From assembly GCA_964057225.1 (NCBI GenBank), contig OZ059899.1, forward strand, positions 3,844,001-3,908,000: a stretch of DNA of 64,000 nt, given 5' to 3'. Made by a program: the position numbers and the translations under genes. Shown one piece after another: positions 27,301 to 41,600 of the stretch (its first letter is position 1; every line of letters begins with the position of its first letter). This DNA is from Auanema rhodensis (Eukaryota; Animalia; Nematoda). The notes beneath the pieces were generated by a model that was not told the DNA's origin, ran no database searches, and saw only the letters and a list, made by a program, of their open reading frames with translations.

Positions 27301-30300
27301 TAAGTTCACACTTATATCCTCGATTTTCACCCTGAAGAATTAATTTTTTCGTTGAATAACATTGTCCATCGTCTTTGCTTTGAAAAATGGAATCTAAAAA
27401 CATCTACTTTTTGCTAAATTATTCTGAAATTTTTCGAAAAAATTTTTGTCAAAATGTTTTTGGAAGCAATGTTGAGTGTACATGGAAACTCAACATACAC
27501 TAATGCATCTTTTTTCAAACCATCAGAACTAATTTTTGTATCAAGCGTTTCTCAATGTAGTATAGTGCATTCGATGCGGATTTTTAAGCTGCGTCGATCT
27601 GTGTTATCAGATTTGCGCTAGCTTAAAAATGCACCGAGATATCAACTGATCTAAGTTCACACTTATATCCTCGATTTTCACCCTGAAGAATTAATTTTTT
27701 CGTTGAATAACATTGTCCATCGTCTTTGCCTTGAAAAATGAAATCTAAAAACATCTACTTTTTGCTGAATTATTTTGAAATTTTTCGAAAAAATTTTTGT
27801 CAAAATGTTTTTGGAAGCAATGTTGAGTGTACATGGAAACTCAACATACACTAATGCATCATTTTTCAAACGATTATAACTAATTTTTGTATCAAGCGTT
27901 TCTCAATGTAGTACAGTGCATTCGATGCGGATTTTTAAGCTGCGTCGATCTGTGTTATCAGATTTGCGCTAGCTTAAAAATGCACCGAGATATCAACTTT
28001 TATAAGTTTACACTTATATCCTCGATTTTCACCCTGAAGAATTAATTTTTTCGTTGAATAACATTGTCCATCGTCTTTGCCTTGAAAAATGAAATCTAAA
28101 AACATCTACTTTTTGCTAAATTATTTTGAAATTTTTCGAAAAAATTTTTGTCAAAATGTTTTTGGAAGCAATGTTGAGTGTACATGGAAACTCAACATAC
28201 ACTAATGCATCATTTTTCAAACGATTATAACTAATTTTTGTATCAAGCGTTTCTCAATGTAGTATAGTGCATTCGATGCGGATTTTTAAGCTGCGTCGAT
28301 CTGTGTTATCAGATTTGCGCTAGCTTAAAAATGCACCGAGATATCAACTGATATAAGTTCACATTTATATCCTCGATTTTCACCCTGAAGAATTAATTTT
28401 TTCGTTGAATAACATTGTCCATCGTCTTTGCTTTGAAAAATGGAATCTAAAAACATCTACTTTTTGCTAAATTATTCTGAAATTTTTCGAAAAAATTTTT
28501 GTCAAAATGTTTTTGGAAGCAATGTTGAGTGTACATGGAAACTCAACATACACTAATGCATCTTTTTTCAAACCATCAGAACTAATTTTTGTATCAAGCG
28601 TTTCTCAATGTAGTATAGTGCATTCGATGCGGATTTTTAAGCTGCGTCGATCTGTGTTATCAGATTTGCGCTAGCTTAAAAATGCACCGAGATATCAACT
28701 GATATAAGTTCACACTTATATCCTCGATTTTCACCCTGAAGAATTAATTTTTTCGTTGAATAACATTGTCCATCGTCTTTGCCTTGAAAAAAGGAATCTA
28801 AAAACATCTACTTTTTGCTAATTTATTTTGAAATTTTTCGAAAAAATTTTTGTCAAAATGTTTTTGGAAGCAATGTTGAGTGTACATGGAAACTCAACAT
28901 ACACTAATGCATCATTTTTCAAACGATCATAACTAATTTTTGTATTAAGCGTTCTTCAATGTAGTATAGTACATTCGATCCGGATTTTTAAGCTGCGTCG
29001 ATCTGTGTTATCAGATTTGCGCTAGCTTAAAAATGCACCGAGATATCAACTGATATAAGTTCACATTTATATCCTCGATTTTCACCCTGAAGAATTAATT
29101 TTTTCGTTGAATAACATTGTCCATCGTCTTTGCTTTGAAAAATGGAATCTAAAAACATCTACTTTTTGCTAAATTATTCTGAAATTTTTCGAAAAAATTT
29201 TTGTCAAAATGTTTTTGGAAGCAATGTTGAGTGTACATGGAAACTCAACATACACTAATGCATCATTTTTCAAACGATTATAACTAATTTTTGTATCAAG
29301 CGTTTCTCAATGTAGTACAGTGCATTCGATGCGGATTTTTAAGCTGCGTCGATCTGTGTTATCAGATTTGCGCTAGCTTAAAAATGCACCGAGATATCAA
29401 CTTTTATAAGTTTACACTTATATCCTCGATTTTCACCCTGAAGAATTAATTTTTTCGTTGAATAACATTGTCCATCGTCTTTGCCTTGAAAAATGAAATC
29501 TAAAAACATCTACTTTTTGCTAAATTATTTTGAAATTTTTCGAAAAAATTTTTGTCAAAATGTTTTTGGAAGCAATGTTGAGTGTACATGGAAACTCAAC
29601 ATACACTAATGCATCATTTTTCAAACGATTATAACTAATTTTTGTATCAAGCGTTTCTCAATGTAGTATAGTGCATTCGATGCGGATTTTTAAGCTGCGT
29701 CGATCTGTGTTATCAGATTTGCGCTAGCTTAAAAATGCACCGAGATATCAACTGATATAAGTTCACATTTATATCCTCGATTTTCACCCTGAAGAATTAA
29801 TTTTTTCGTTGAATAACATTGTCCATCGTCTTTGCTTTGAAAAATGGAATCTAAAAACATCTACTTTTTGCTAAATTATTCTGAAATTTTTCGAAAAAAT
29901 TTTTGTCAAAATGTTTTTGGAAGCAATGTTGAGTGTACATGGAAACTCAACATACACTAATGCATCTTTTTTCAAACCATCAGAACTAATTTTTGTATCA
30001 AGCGTTTCTCAATGTAGTATAGTGCATTCGATGCGGATTTTTAAGCTGCGTCGATCTGTGTTATCAGATTTGCGCTAGCTTAAAAATGCACCGAGATATC
30101 AACTTTTATAAGTTCACACTTATATCCTCGATTTTCACCCTGAAGAATTAATTTTTTCGTTGAATAACATTGTCCATCGTCTTTGCCTTGAAAAATGGAA
30201 TCTAAAAACATCTACTTTTTGCTGAATTATTTTGAAATTTTTCGAAAAAATTTTTGTCAAAATGTTTTTGGAAGCAATGTTGAGTGTACATGGAAACTCA

Positions 30301-31099
30301 ACATACACTAATGCATCATTTTTCAAACGATCATAACTAATTTTTGTATCAAGTGTTTCTCAATGTAGTATAGTGCATTCGATACGGATTTTTAAGCTGC
30401 GTCGATCTGTGTTATCAGATTTGCGCTAGCTTAAAAATGCACCGAGATATCAACTGATATAAGTTCACACTTATATCCTCGATTTTCACCCTGAAGAATT
30501 AATTTTTTCGTTGAATAACATTGTCCATCGTCTTTGCCTTGAAAAAAGGAATCTAAAAACATCTACTTTTTGCTAATTTATTCTGAAATTTTTCGAAAAA
30601 ATTTTTGTCAAAATGTTTTTGGAAGCAATGTTGAGTGTACATGGAAACTCAACATACACTAATGCATCATTTTTCAAACAATCGTAACTAATTTTTGTAT
30701 TAAGCGTTCTTCAATGTAGTATAGTACATTCGATCCGGATTTTTAAGCTGCGTCGATCTGTGTTATCAGATTTGCGCTAGCTTAAAAATGCACCGAGATA
30801 TCAACTGATATAAGTTCACATTTATATCCTCGATTTTCACCCTGAAGAATTAATTTTTTCGTTGAATAACATTGTCCATCGTCTTTGCTTTGAAAAATGG
30901 AATCTAAAAACATCTACTTTTTGCTAAATTATTCTGAAATTTTTCGAAAAAATTTTTGTCAAAATGTTTTTGGAAGCAATGTTGAGTGTACATGGAAACT
31001 CAACATACACTAATGCATCTTTTTTCAAACCATCAGAACTAATTTTTGTATCAAGCGTTTCTCAATGTAGTATAGTGCATTCGATGCGGATTTTTAAGC

Positions 31100-34000
31100 T
31101 GCGTCGATCTGTGTTATCAGATTTGCGCTAGCTTAAAAATGCACCGAGATATCAACTTTTATAAGTTCACACTTATATCCTCGATTTTCACCCTGAAGAA
31201 TTAATTTTTTCGTTGAATAACATTGTCCATCGTCTTTGCCTTGAAAAATGGAATCTAAAAACATCTACTTTTTGCTAAATTATTTTGAAATTTTTCGAAA
31301 AAATTTTTGTCAAAATGTTTTTGGAAGCAATGTTGAGTGTACATGGAAACTCAACATACACTAATGCATCATTTTTCAAACGATCATAACTAATTTTTGT
31401 ATCAAGTGTTTCTCAATGTAGTATAGTGCATTCGATACGGATTTTTAAGCTGCGTCGATCTGTGTTATCAGATTTGCGCTAGCTTAAAAATGCACCGAGA
31501 TATCAACTGATATAAGTTCACACATATATACCCGATTTTCACCCTGAAGAATTAATTTTTTCGTTGAATAACATTGTCCATCGTCTTTGCCTTGAAAAAA
31601 GGAATCTAAAAACATCTACTTTTTGCTAAATTATTTTGAAATTTTTCGAAAAAATTTTTGTCAAAATGTTTTTGGAAGCAATGTTGAGTGTACATGGAAA
31701 CTCAACATACACTAATGCATCATTTTTCAAACGATCATAACTAATTTTTGTATTAAGCGTTTCTCAATGTAGTATAGTGCATTCGATGCGGATTTTTAAG
31801 CTGCGTCGATCTGTGTTATCAGATTTGCGCTAGCTTAAAAATGCACCGAGATATCAACTGATATAAGTTCACACTTATATCCTCGATTTTCACCCTGAAG
31901 AATTAATTTTTTCGTTGAATAACCTTGTCCATCGTCTTTTCCTTGAAAAATGGAATCTAAAAACATCTACTTTTTGCTAAATTATTTTGAAATTTTTCGA
32001 AAAAATTTTTGTCAAAATGTTTTTGGAAGCAATGTTGAGTGTACATGGAAACTCAACATACACTAATGCATCATTTTTCAAACGATCATAACTAATTTTT
32101 GTATTAAGCGTTTCTCAATGTAGTATAGTGCATTCGATGCGGATTTTCAAGCTGCGTCGATCTGTGTTATCAGATTTGCGCTAGCTTAAAAATGCACCGA
32201 GATATCAACTGATATAAGTTCACACATATATACCCGATTTTCACCCTGAAGAATTAATTTTTTCGTTGAATAACATTGTCCATCGTCTTTGCCTTGAAAA
32301 AAGGAATCTAAAAACATCTACTTTTTGCTAAATTATTTTGAAATTTTTTGAAAAAATTTTTGTCAAAATGTTTTTGGAAGCAATGTTGAGTGTACATGGA
32401 AACTCAACATACACTAATGCATCATTTTTCAAACGATCATAACTAATTTTTGTATCAAGTGTTTCTCAATGTAGTATAGTGCATTCGATGCGGATTTTTA
32501 AGCTGCGTCGATCTGTGTTATCAGATTTGCGCTAGCTTAAAAATGCACCGAGATATCAACTGATATAAGTTCACACTTATATCCTCGATTTTCACCCTGA
32601 AGAATTAATTTTTTCGTTGAATAACATTGTCCATCGTCTTTGCCTTGAAAAATGGAATCTAAAAACATCTACTTTTTGCTAAATTATCTTGAAATTTTTC
32701 GAAAAAATTTTTGTCAAAATGTTTTTGGAAGCAATGTTGAGTGTACATGGAAACTCAACATACACTAATGCATCATTTTTCAAACGATTATAACTAATTT
32801 TTGTATCAAGCGTTTCTCAATGTAGTATAGTGCATTCGATGCGGATTTTTAAGCTGCGTCGATCTGTGTTATCAGATTTGCGCTAGCTTAAAAATGCACC
32901 GAGATATCAACTTTTATAAGTTCACACTTATATCCTCGATTTTCACCCTGAAGAATTAATTTTTTCGTTGAATAACATTGTCCATCGTCTTTGCCTTGAA
33001 AAATGGAATCTAAAAACATCTACTTTTTGCTAAATTATTTTGAAATTTTTCGAAAAAATTTTTGTCAAAATGTTTTTGGAAGCAATGTTGAGTGTACATG
33101 GAAACTCAACATACACTAATGCATCATTTTTCAAACGATCATAACTAATTTTTGTATCAAGTGTTTCTCAATGTAGTATAGTGCATTCGATACGGATTTT
33201 TAAGCTGCGTCGATCTGTGTTATCAGATTTGCGCTAGCTTAAAAATGCACCGAGATATCAACTGATATAAGTTCACACATATATACCCGATTTTCACCCT
33301 GAAGAATTAATTTTTTCGTTGAATAACATTGTCCATCGTCTTTGCCTTGAAAAAAGGAATCTAAAAACATCTACTTTTTGCTAAATTATTTTGAAATTTT
33401 TCGAAAAAATTTTTGTCAAAATGTTTTTGGAAGCAATGTTGAGTGTACATGGAAACTCAACATACACTAATGCATCATTTTTCAAACGATCATAACTAAT
33501 TTTTGTATTAAGCGTTTCTCAATGTAGTATAGTGCATTCGATGCGGATTTTTAAGCTGCGTCGATCTGTGTTATCAGATTTGCGCTAGCTTAAAAATGCA
33601 CCGAGATATCAACTGATATAAGTTCACACTTATATCCTCGATTTTCACCCTGAAGAATTAATTTTTTCGTTGAATAACCTTGTCCATCGTCTTTTCCTTG
33701 AAAAATGGAATCTAAAAACATCTACTTTTTGCTAAATTATTTTGAAATTTTTCGAAAAAATTTTTGTCAAAATGTTTTTGGAAGCAATGTTGAGTGTACA
33801 TGGAAACTCAACATACACTAATGCATCATTTTTCAAACGATCATAACTAATTTTTGTATTAAGCGTTTCTCAATGTAGTATAGTGCATTCGATGCGGATT
33901 TTCAAGCTGCGTCGATCTGTGTTATCAGATTTGCGCTAGCTTAAAAATGCACCGAGATATCAACTGATATAAGTTCACACATATATACCCGATTTTCACC

Positions 34001-34570
34001 CTGAAGAATTAATTTTTTCGTTGAATAACATTGTCCATCGTCTTTGCCTTGAAAAAAGGAATCTAAAAACATCTACTTTTTGCTAAATTATTTTGAAATT
34101 TTTTGAAAAAATTTTTGTCAAAATGTTTTTGGAAGCAATGTTGAGTGTACATGGAAACTCAACATACACTAATGCATCATTTTTCAAACGATCATAACTA
34201 ATTTTTGTATCAAGTGTTTCTCAATGTAGTATAGTGCATTCGATGCGGATTTTTAAGCTGCGTCGATCTGTGTTATCAGATTTGCGCTAGCTTAAAAATG
34301 CACCGAGATATCAACTGATATAAGTTCACACTTATATCCTCGATTTTCACCCTGAAGAATTAATTTTTTCGTTGAATAACATTGTCCATCGTCTTTGCCT
34401 TGAAAAATGGAATCTAAAAACATCTACTTTTTGCTAAATTATTTTGAAATTTTTCGAAAAAATTTTTGTCAAAATGTTTTTGGAAGCAATGTTGAGTGTA
34501 CATGGAAACTCAACATACACTAATGCATCATTTTTCAAACGATTATAACTAATTTTTGTATCAAGCGTTT
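31100..34570. repeat. Tandem duplication of a 5-monomer (1755-bp) unit
   Basis: Variants recur 1755 bp apart: GATACGG 31437/33192, AACCTTG 31924/33679, TTTTTTG 32349/34104. Ends are approximate. Confidence 0.88.
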
Positions 34571-36500
34571 CTCAATGTAGTACAGTGCATTCGATGCGGA
34601 TTTTTAAGCTGCGTCGATCTGTGTTATCAGATTTGCGCTAGCTTAAAAATGCACCGAGATATCAACTTTTATAAGTTTACACTTATATCCTCGATTTTCA
34701 CCCTGAAGAATTAATTTTTTCGTTGAATAACATTGTCCATCGTCTTTGCCTTGAAAAATGAAATCTGAAAACATCTACTTTTTGCTAAATTATTTTGAAA
34801 TTTTTCGAAAAAATTTTTGTCAAAATGTTTTTGGAAGCAATGTTGAGTGTACATGGAAACTCAACATACACTAATGCATCATTTTTCAAACGATTATAAC
34901 TAATTTTTGTATCAAGCGTTTCTCAATGTAGTATAGTGCATTCGATGCGGATTTTTAAGCTGCGTCGATCTGTGTTATCAGATTTGCGCTAGCTTAAAAA
35001 TGCACCGAGATATCAACTTTTATAAGTTCACACTTATATCCTCGATTTTCACCCTGAAGAATTAATTTTTTCGTTGAATAACATTGTCCATCGTCTTTGC
35101 CTTGAAAAATGGAATCTAAAAACATCTACTTTTTGCTAATTTATTTTGAAATTTTTCGAAAAAATTTTTGTCAAAATGTTTTTGGAAGCAATGTTGAGTG
35201 TACATGGAAACTCAACATACACTAATGCATCATTTTTCAAACGATCATAACTAATTTTTGTATTAAGCGTTCTTCAATGTAGTATAGTACATTCGATCCG
35301 GATTTTTAAGCTGCGTCGATCTGTGTTATCAGATTTGCGCTAGCTTAAAAATGCACCGAGATATCAACTGATATAAGTTCACATTTATATCCTCGATTTT
35401 CACCCTGAAGAATTAATTTTTTCGTTGAATAACATTGTCCATCGTCTTTGCCTTGAAAAATGGAATCTAAAAACATCTACTTTTTGCTAAATTATTTTGA
35501 AATTTTTCGAAAAAATTTTTGTCAAAATGTTTTTGGAAGCAATGTTGAGTGTACATGGAAACTCAACATACACTAATGCATCATTTTTCAAACGATTATA
35601 ACTAATTTTTGTATCAAGCGTTTCTCAATGTAGTACAGTGCATTCGATGCGGATTTTTAAGCTGCGTCGATCTGTGTTATCAGATTTGCGCTAGCTTAAA
35701 AATGCACCGAGATATCAACTTTTATAAGTTTACACTTATATCCTCGATTTTCACCCTGAAGAATTAATTTTTTCGTTGAATAACATTGTCCATCGTCTTT
35801 GCCTTGAAAAATGAAATCTGAAAACATCTACTTTTTGCTAAATTATTTTGAAATTTTTCGAAAAAATTTTTGTCAAAATGTTTTTGGAAGCAATGTTGAG
35901 TGTACATGGAAACTCAACATACACTAATGCATCATTTTTCAAACGATTATAACTAATTTTTGTATCAAGCGTTTCTCAATGTAGTATAGTGCATTCGATG
36001 CGGATTTTTAAGCTGCGTCGATCTGTGTTATCAGATTTGCGCTAGCTTAAAAATGCACCGAGATATCAACTTTTATAAGTTCACACTTATATCCTCGATT
36101 TTCACCCTGAAGAATTAATTTTTTCGTTGAATAACATTGTCCATCGTCTTTGCCTTGAAAAATGGAATCTAAAAACATCTACTTTTTGCTAATTTATTTT
36201 GAAATTTTTCGAAAAAATTTTTGTCAAAATGTTTTTGGAAGCAATGTTGAGTGTACATGGAAACTCAACATACACTAATGCATCATTTTTCAAACGATCA
36301 TAACTAATTTTTGTATTAAGCGTTCTTCAATGTAGTATAGTACATTCGATCCGGATTTTTAAGCTGCGTCGATCTGTGTTATCAGATTTGCGCTAGCTTA
36401 AAAATGCACCGAGATATCAACTGATATAAGTTCACATTTATATCCTCGATTTTCACCCTGAAGAATTAATTTTTTCGTTGAATAACATTGTCCATCGTCT
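34400..36500. repeat. Tandem duplication of a 3-monomer (1053-bp) unit
   Basis: The rare AAATCTGAAA allele is at 34767 and 35820, and GTACAG is at 34583/35636. Flanking alleles follow the same order. Ends are approximate. Confidence 0.88.
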
Positions 36501-39500
36501 TTGCTTTGAAAAATGGAATCTAAAAACATCTACTTTTTGCTAAATTATTCTGAAATTTTTCGAAAAAATTTTTGTCAAAATGTTTTTGGAAGCAATGTTG
36601 AGTGTACATGGAAACTCAACATACACTAATGCATCTTTTTTCAAACCATCAGAACTAATTTTTGTATCAAGCGTTTCTCAATGTAGTATAGTGCATTCGA
36701 TGCGGATTTTTAAGCTGCGTCGATCTGTGTTATCAGATTTGCGCTAGCTTAAAAATGCACCGAGATATCAACTGATCTAAGTTCACACTTATATCCTCGA
36801 TTTTCACCCTGAAGAATTAATTTTTTCGTTGAATAACATTGTCCATCGTCTTTGCCTTGAAAAATGAAATCTAAAAACATCTACTTTTTGCTGAATTATT
36901 TTGAAATTTTTCGAAAAAATTTTTGTCAAAATGTTTTTGGAAGCAATGTTGAGTGTACATGGAAACTCAACATACACTAATGCATCATTTTTCAAACGAT
37001 TATAACTAATTTTTGTATCAAGCGTTTCTCAATGTAGTACAGTGCATTCGATGCGGATTTTTAAGCTGCGTCGATCTGTGTTATCAGATTTGCGCTAGCT
37101 TAAAAATGCACCGAGATATCAACTTTTATAAGTTTACACTTATATCCTCGATTTTCACCCTGAAGAATTAATTTTTTCGTTGAATAACATTGTCCATCGT
37201 CTTTGCCTTGAAAAATGAAATCTAAAAACATCTACTTTTTGCTAAATTATTTTGAAATTTTTCGAAAAAATTTTTGTCAAAATGTTTTTGGAAGCAATGT
37301 TGAGTGTACATGGAAACTCAACATACACTAATGCATCATTTTTCAAACGATTATAACTAATTTTTGTATCAAGCGTTTCTCAATGTAGTATAGTGCATTC
37401 GATGCGGATTTTTAAGCTGCGTCGATCTGTGTTATCAGATTTGCGCTAGCTTAAAAATGCACCGAGATATCAACTTTTATAAGTTCACACTTATATCCTC
37501 GATTTTCACCCTGAAGAATTAATTTTTTCGTTGAATAACATTGTCCATCGTCTTTGCCTTGAAAAATGGAATCTAAAAACATCTACTTTTTGCTGAATTA
37601 TTCTGAAATTTTTCGAAAAAATTTTTGTCAAAATGTTTTTGGAAGCAATGTTGAGTGTACATGGAAACTCAACATACACTAATGCATCATTTTTCAAACG
37701 ATTATAACTAATTTTTGTATCAAGTGTTTCTCAATGTAGTATAGTGCATTCGATGCGGATTTTTAAGCTGCGTCGATCTGTGTTATCAGATTTGCGCTAG
37801 CTTAAAAATGCACCGAGATATCAACTGATATAAGTTCACATTTATATCCTCGATTTTCACCCTGAAGAATTAATTTTTTCGTTGAATAACATTGTCCATC
37901 GTCTTTGCTTTGAAAAATGGAATCTAAAAACATCTACTTTTTGCTAAATTATTTTGAAATTTTTCGAAAAAATTTTTGTCAAAATGTTTTTGGAAGCAAT
38001 GTTGAGTGTACATGGAAACTCAACATACACTAATGCATCATTTTTCAAACGATCATAACTAATTTTTGTATCAAGTGTTTCTCAATGTAGTATAGTGCAT
38101 TCGATGCGGATTTTTAAGCTGCGTCGATCTGTGTTATCAGATTTGCGCTAGCTTAAAAATGCACCGAGATATCAACTGATATAAGTTCACACTTATATCC
38201 TCGATTTTCACCCTGAAGAATTAATTTTTTCGTTGAATAACATTGTCCATCGTCTTTGCCTTGAAAAATGGAATCTAAAAACATCTACTTTTTGCTAAAT
38301 TATTTTGAAATTTTTCGAAAAAATTTTTGTCAAAATGTTTTTGGAAGCAATGTTGAGTGTACATGGAAACTCAACATACACTAATGCATCATTTTTCAAA
38401 CGATTATAACTAATTTTTGTATCAAGCGTTTCTCAATGTAGTACAGTGCATTCGATGCGGATTTTTAAGCTGCGTCGATCTGTGTTATCAGATTTGCGCT
38501 AGCTTAAAAATGCACCGAGATATCAACTTTTATAAGTTTACACTTATATCCTCGATTTTCACCCTGAAGAATTAATTTTTTCGTTGAATAACATTGTCCA
38601 TCGTCTTTGCCTTGAAAAATGGAATCTAAAAACATCTACTTTTTGCTAATTTATTTTGAAATTTTTCGAAAAAATTTTTGTCAAAATGTTTTTGGAAGCA
38701 ATGTTGAGTGTACATGGAAACTCAACATACACTAATGCATCATTTTTCAAACGATCATAACTAATTTTTGTATTAAGCGTTCTTCAATGTAGTATAGTAC
38801 ATTCGATCCGGATTTTTAAGCTGCGTCGATCTGTGTTATCAGATTTGCGCTAGCTTAAAAATGCACCGAGATATCAACTGATATAAGTTCACATTTATAT
38901 CCTCGATTTTCACCCTGAAGAATTAATTTTTTCGTTGAATAACATTGTCCATCGTCTTTGCTTTGAAAAATGGAATCTAAAAACATCTACTTTTTGCTAA
39001 ATTATTCTGAAATTTTTCGAAAAAATTTTTGTCAAAATGTTTTTGGAAGCAATGTTGAGTGTACATGGAAACTCAACATACACTAATGCATCTTTTTTCA
39101 AACCATCAGAACTAATTTTTGTATCAAGCGTTTCTCAATGTAGTATAGTGCATTCGATGCGGATTTTTAAGCTGCGTCGATCTGTGTTATCAGATTTGCG
39201 CTAGCTTAAAAATGCACCGAGATATCAACTGATCTAAGTTCACACTTATATCCTCGATTTTCACCCTGAAGAATTAATTTTTTCGTTGAATAACATTGTC
39301 CATCGTCTTTGCCTTGAAAAATGAAATCTAAAAACATCTACTTTTTGCTGAATTATTTTGAAATTTTTCGAAAAAATTTTTGTCAAAATGTTTTTGGAAG
39401 CAATGTTGAGTGTACATGGAAACTCAACATACACTAATGCATCATTTTTCAAACGATTATAACTAATTTTTGTATCAAGCGTTTCTCAATGTAGTACAGT

Positions 39501-41600
39501 GCATTCGATGCGGATTTTTAAGCTGCGTCGATCTGTGTTATCAGATTTGCGCTAGCTTAAAAATGCACCGAGATATCAACTTTTATAAGTTTACACTTAT
39601 ATCCTCGATTTTCACCCTGAAGAATTAATTTTTTCGTTGAATAACATTGTCCATCGTCTTTGCCTTGAAAAATGAAATCTAAAAACATCTACTTTTTGCT
39701 AAATTATTTTGAAATTTTTCGAAAAAATTTTTGTCAAAATGTTTTTGGAAGCAATGTTGAGTGTACATGGAAACTCAACATACACTAATGCATCATTTTT
39801 CAAACGATTATAACTAATTTTTGTATCAAGCGTTTCTCAATGTAGTACAGTGCATTCGATGCGGATTTTTAAGCTGCGTCGATCTGTGTTATCAGATTTG
39901 CGCTAGCTTAAAAATGCACCGAGATATCGACTTTTATAAGTTTACACTTATATCCTCGATTTTCACCCTGAAGAATTAATTTTTTCGTTGAATAACATTG
40001 TCCATCGTCTTTGCCTTGAAAAATGAAATCTAAAAACATCTACTTTTTGCTAAATTATTTTGAAATTTTTCGAAAAAATTTTTGTCAAAATGTTTTTGGA
40101 AGCAATGTTGAGTGTACATGGAAACTCAACATACACTAATGCATCATTTTTCAAACGATTATAACTAATTTTTGTATCAAGCGTTTCTCAATGTAGTATA
40201 GTGCATTCGATGCGGATTTTTAAGCTGCGTCGATCTGTGTTATCAGATTTGCGCTAGCTTAAAAATGCACCGAGATATCAACTTTTATAAGTTCACACTT
40301 ATATCCTCGATTTTCACCCTGAAGAATTAATTTTTTCGTTGAATAACATTGTCCATCGTCTTTGCCTTGAAAAATGGAATCTAAAAACATCTACTTTTTG
40401 CTGAATTATTCTGAAATTTTTCGAAAAAATTTTTGTCAAAATGTTTTTGGAAGCAATGTTGAGTGTACATGGAAACTCAACATACACTAATGCATCATTT
40501 TTCAAACGATTATAACTAATTTTTGTATCAAGTGTTTCTCAATGTAGTATAGTGCATTCGATGCGGATTTTTAAGCTGCGTCGATCTGTGTTATCAGATT
40601 TGCGCTAGCTTAAAAATGCACCGAGATATCAACTGATATAAGTTCACATTTATATCCTCGATTTTCACCCTGAAGAATTAATTTTTTCGTTGAATAACAT
40701 TGTCCATCGTCTTTGCTTTGAAAAATGGAATCTAAAAACATCTACTTTTTGCTAAATTATTCTGAAATTTTTCGAAAAAATTTTTGTCAAAATGTTTTTG
40801 GAAGCAATGTTGAGTGTACATGGAAACTCAACATACACTAATGCATCTTTTTTCAAACCATCAGAACTAATTTTTGTATCAAGCGTTTCTCAATGTAGTA
40901 TAGTGCATTCGATGCGGATTTTTAAGCTGCGTCGATCTGTGTTATCAGATTTGCGCTAGCTTAAAAATGCACCGAGATATCAACTTTTATAAGTTCACAC
41001 TTATATCCTCGATTTTCACCCTGAAGAATTAATTTTTTCGTTGAATAACATTGTCCATCGTCTTTGCCTTGAAAAATGGAATCTAAAAACATCTACTTTT
41101 TGCTGAATTATTTTGAAATTTTTCGAAAAAATTTTTGTCAAAATGTTTTTGGAAGCAATGTTGAGTGTACATGGAAACTCAACATACACTAATGCATCAT
41201 TTTTCAAACGATCATAACTAATTTTTGTATCAAGTGTTTCTCAATGTAGTATAGTGCATTCGATACGGATTTTTAAGCTGCGTCGATCTGTGTTATCAGA
41301 TTTGCGCTAGCTTAAAAATGCACCGAGATATCAACTGATATAAGTTCACACTTATATCCTCGATTTTCACCCTGAAGAATTAATTTTTTCGTTGAATAAC
41401 ATTGTCCATCGTCTTTGCCTTGAAAAAAGGAATCTAAAAACATCTACTTTTTGCTGAATTATTTTGAAATTTTTCGAAAAAATTTTTGTCAAAATGTTTT
41501 TGGAAGCAATGTTGAGTGTACATGGAAACTCAACATACACTAATGCATCATTTTTCAAACGATCATAACTAATTTTTGTATTAAGCGTTTCTCAATGTAA

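Larger units (their letters stand above)
11931..41600. repeat. Satellite variant domain B
   Basis: The GCTGAATT allele occurs only from 12324 to 41456. GATCTAAG, AAACCATCAGAAC, GTACAGTG and GATACGG are confined here. GAAAAATG and CACATATATACCCG first appear at about 12.2 kb. Confidence 0.75.

Noticed and set aside
12235-41558. 17 copies of a 63-aa minus-strand ORF (MKNDALVYVEF...)
   Set aside because: Satellite artefact. It starts at TTG and exists only where the GCTAAA>GCTGAA SNP changes TAG to CAG. It is destroyed again in other GCTGAA copies (TGA at 22808, 24212, 27020; start lost near 17689). The K/F/I/N-rich composition mirrors the A/T tracts and I recognise no domain. About 90% of monomers lack it.
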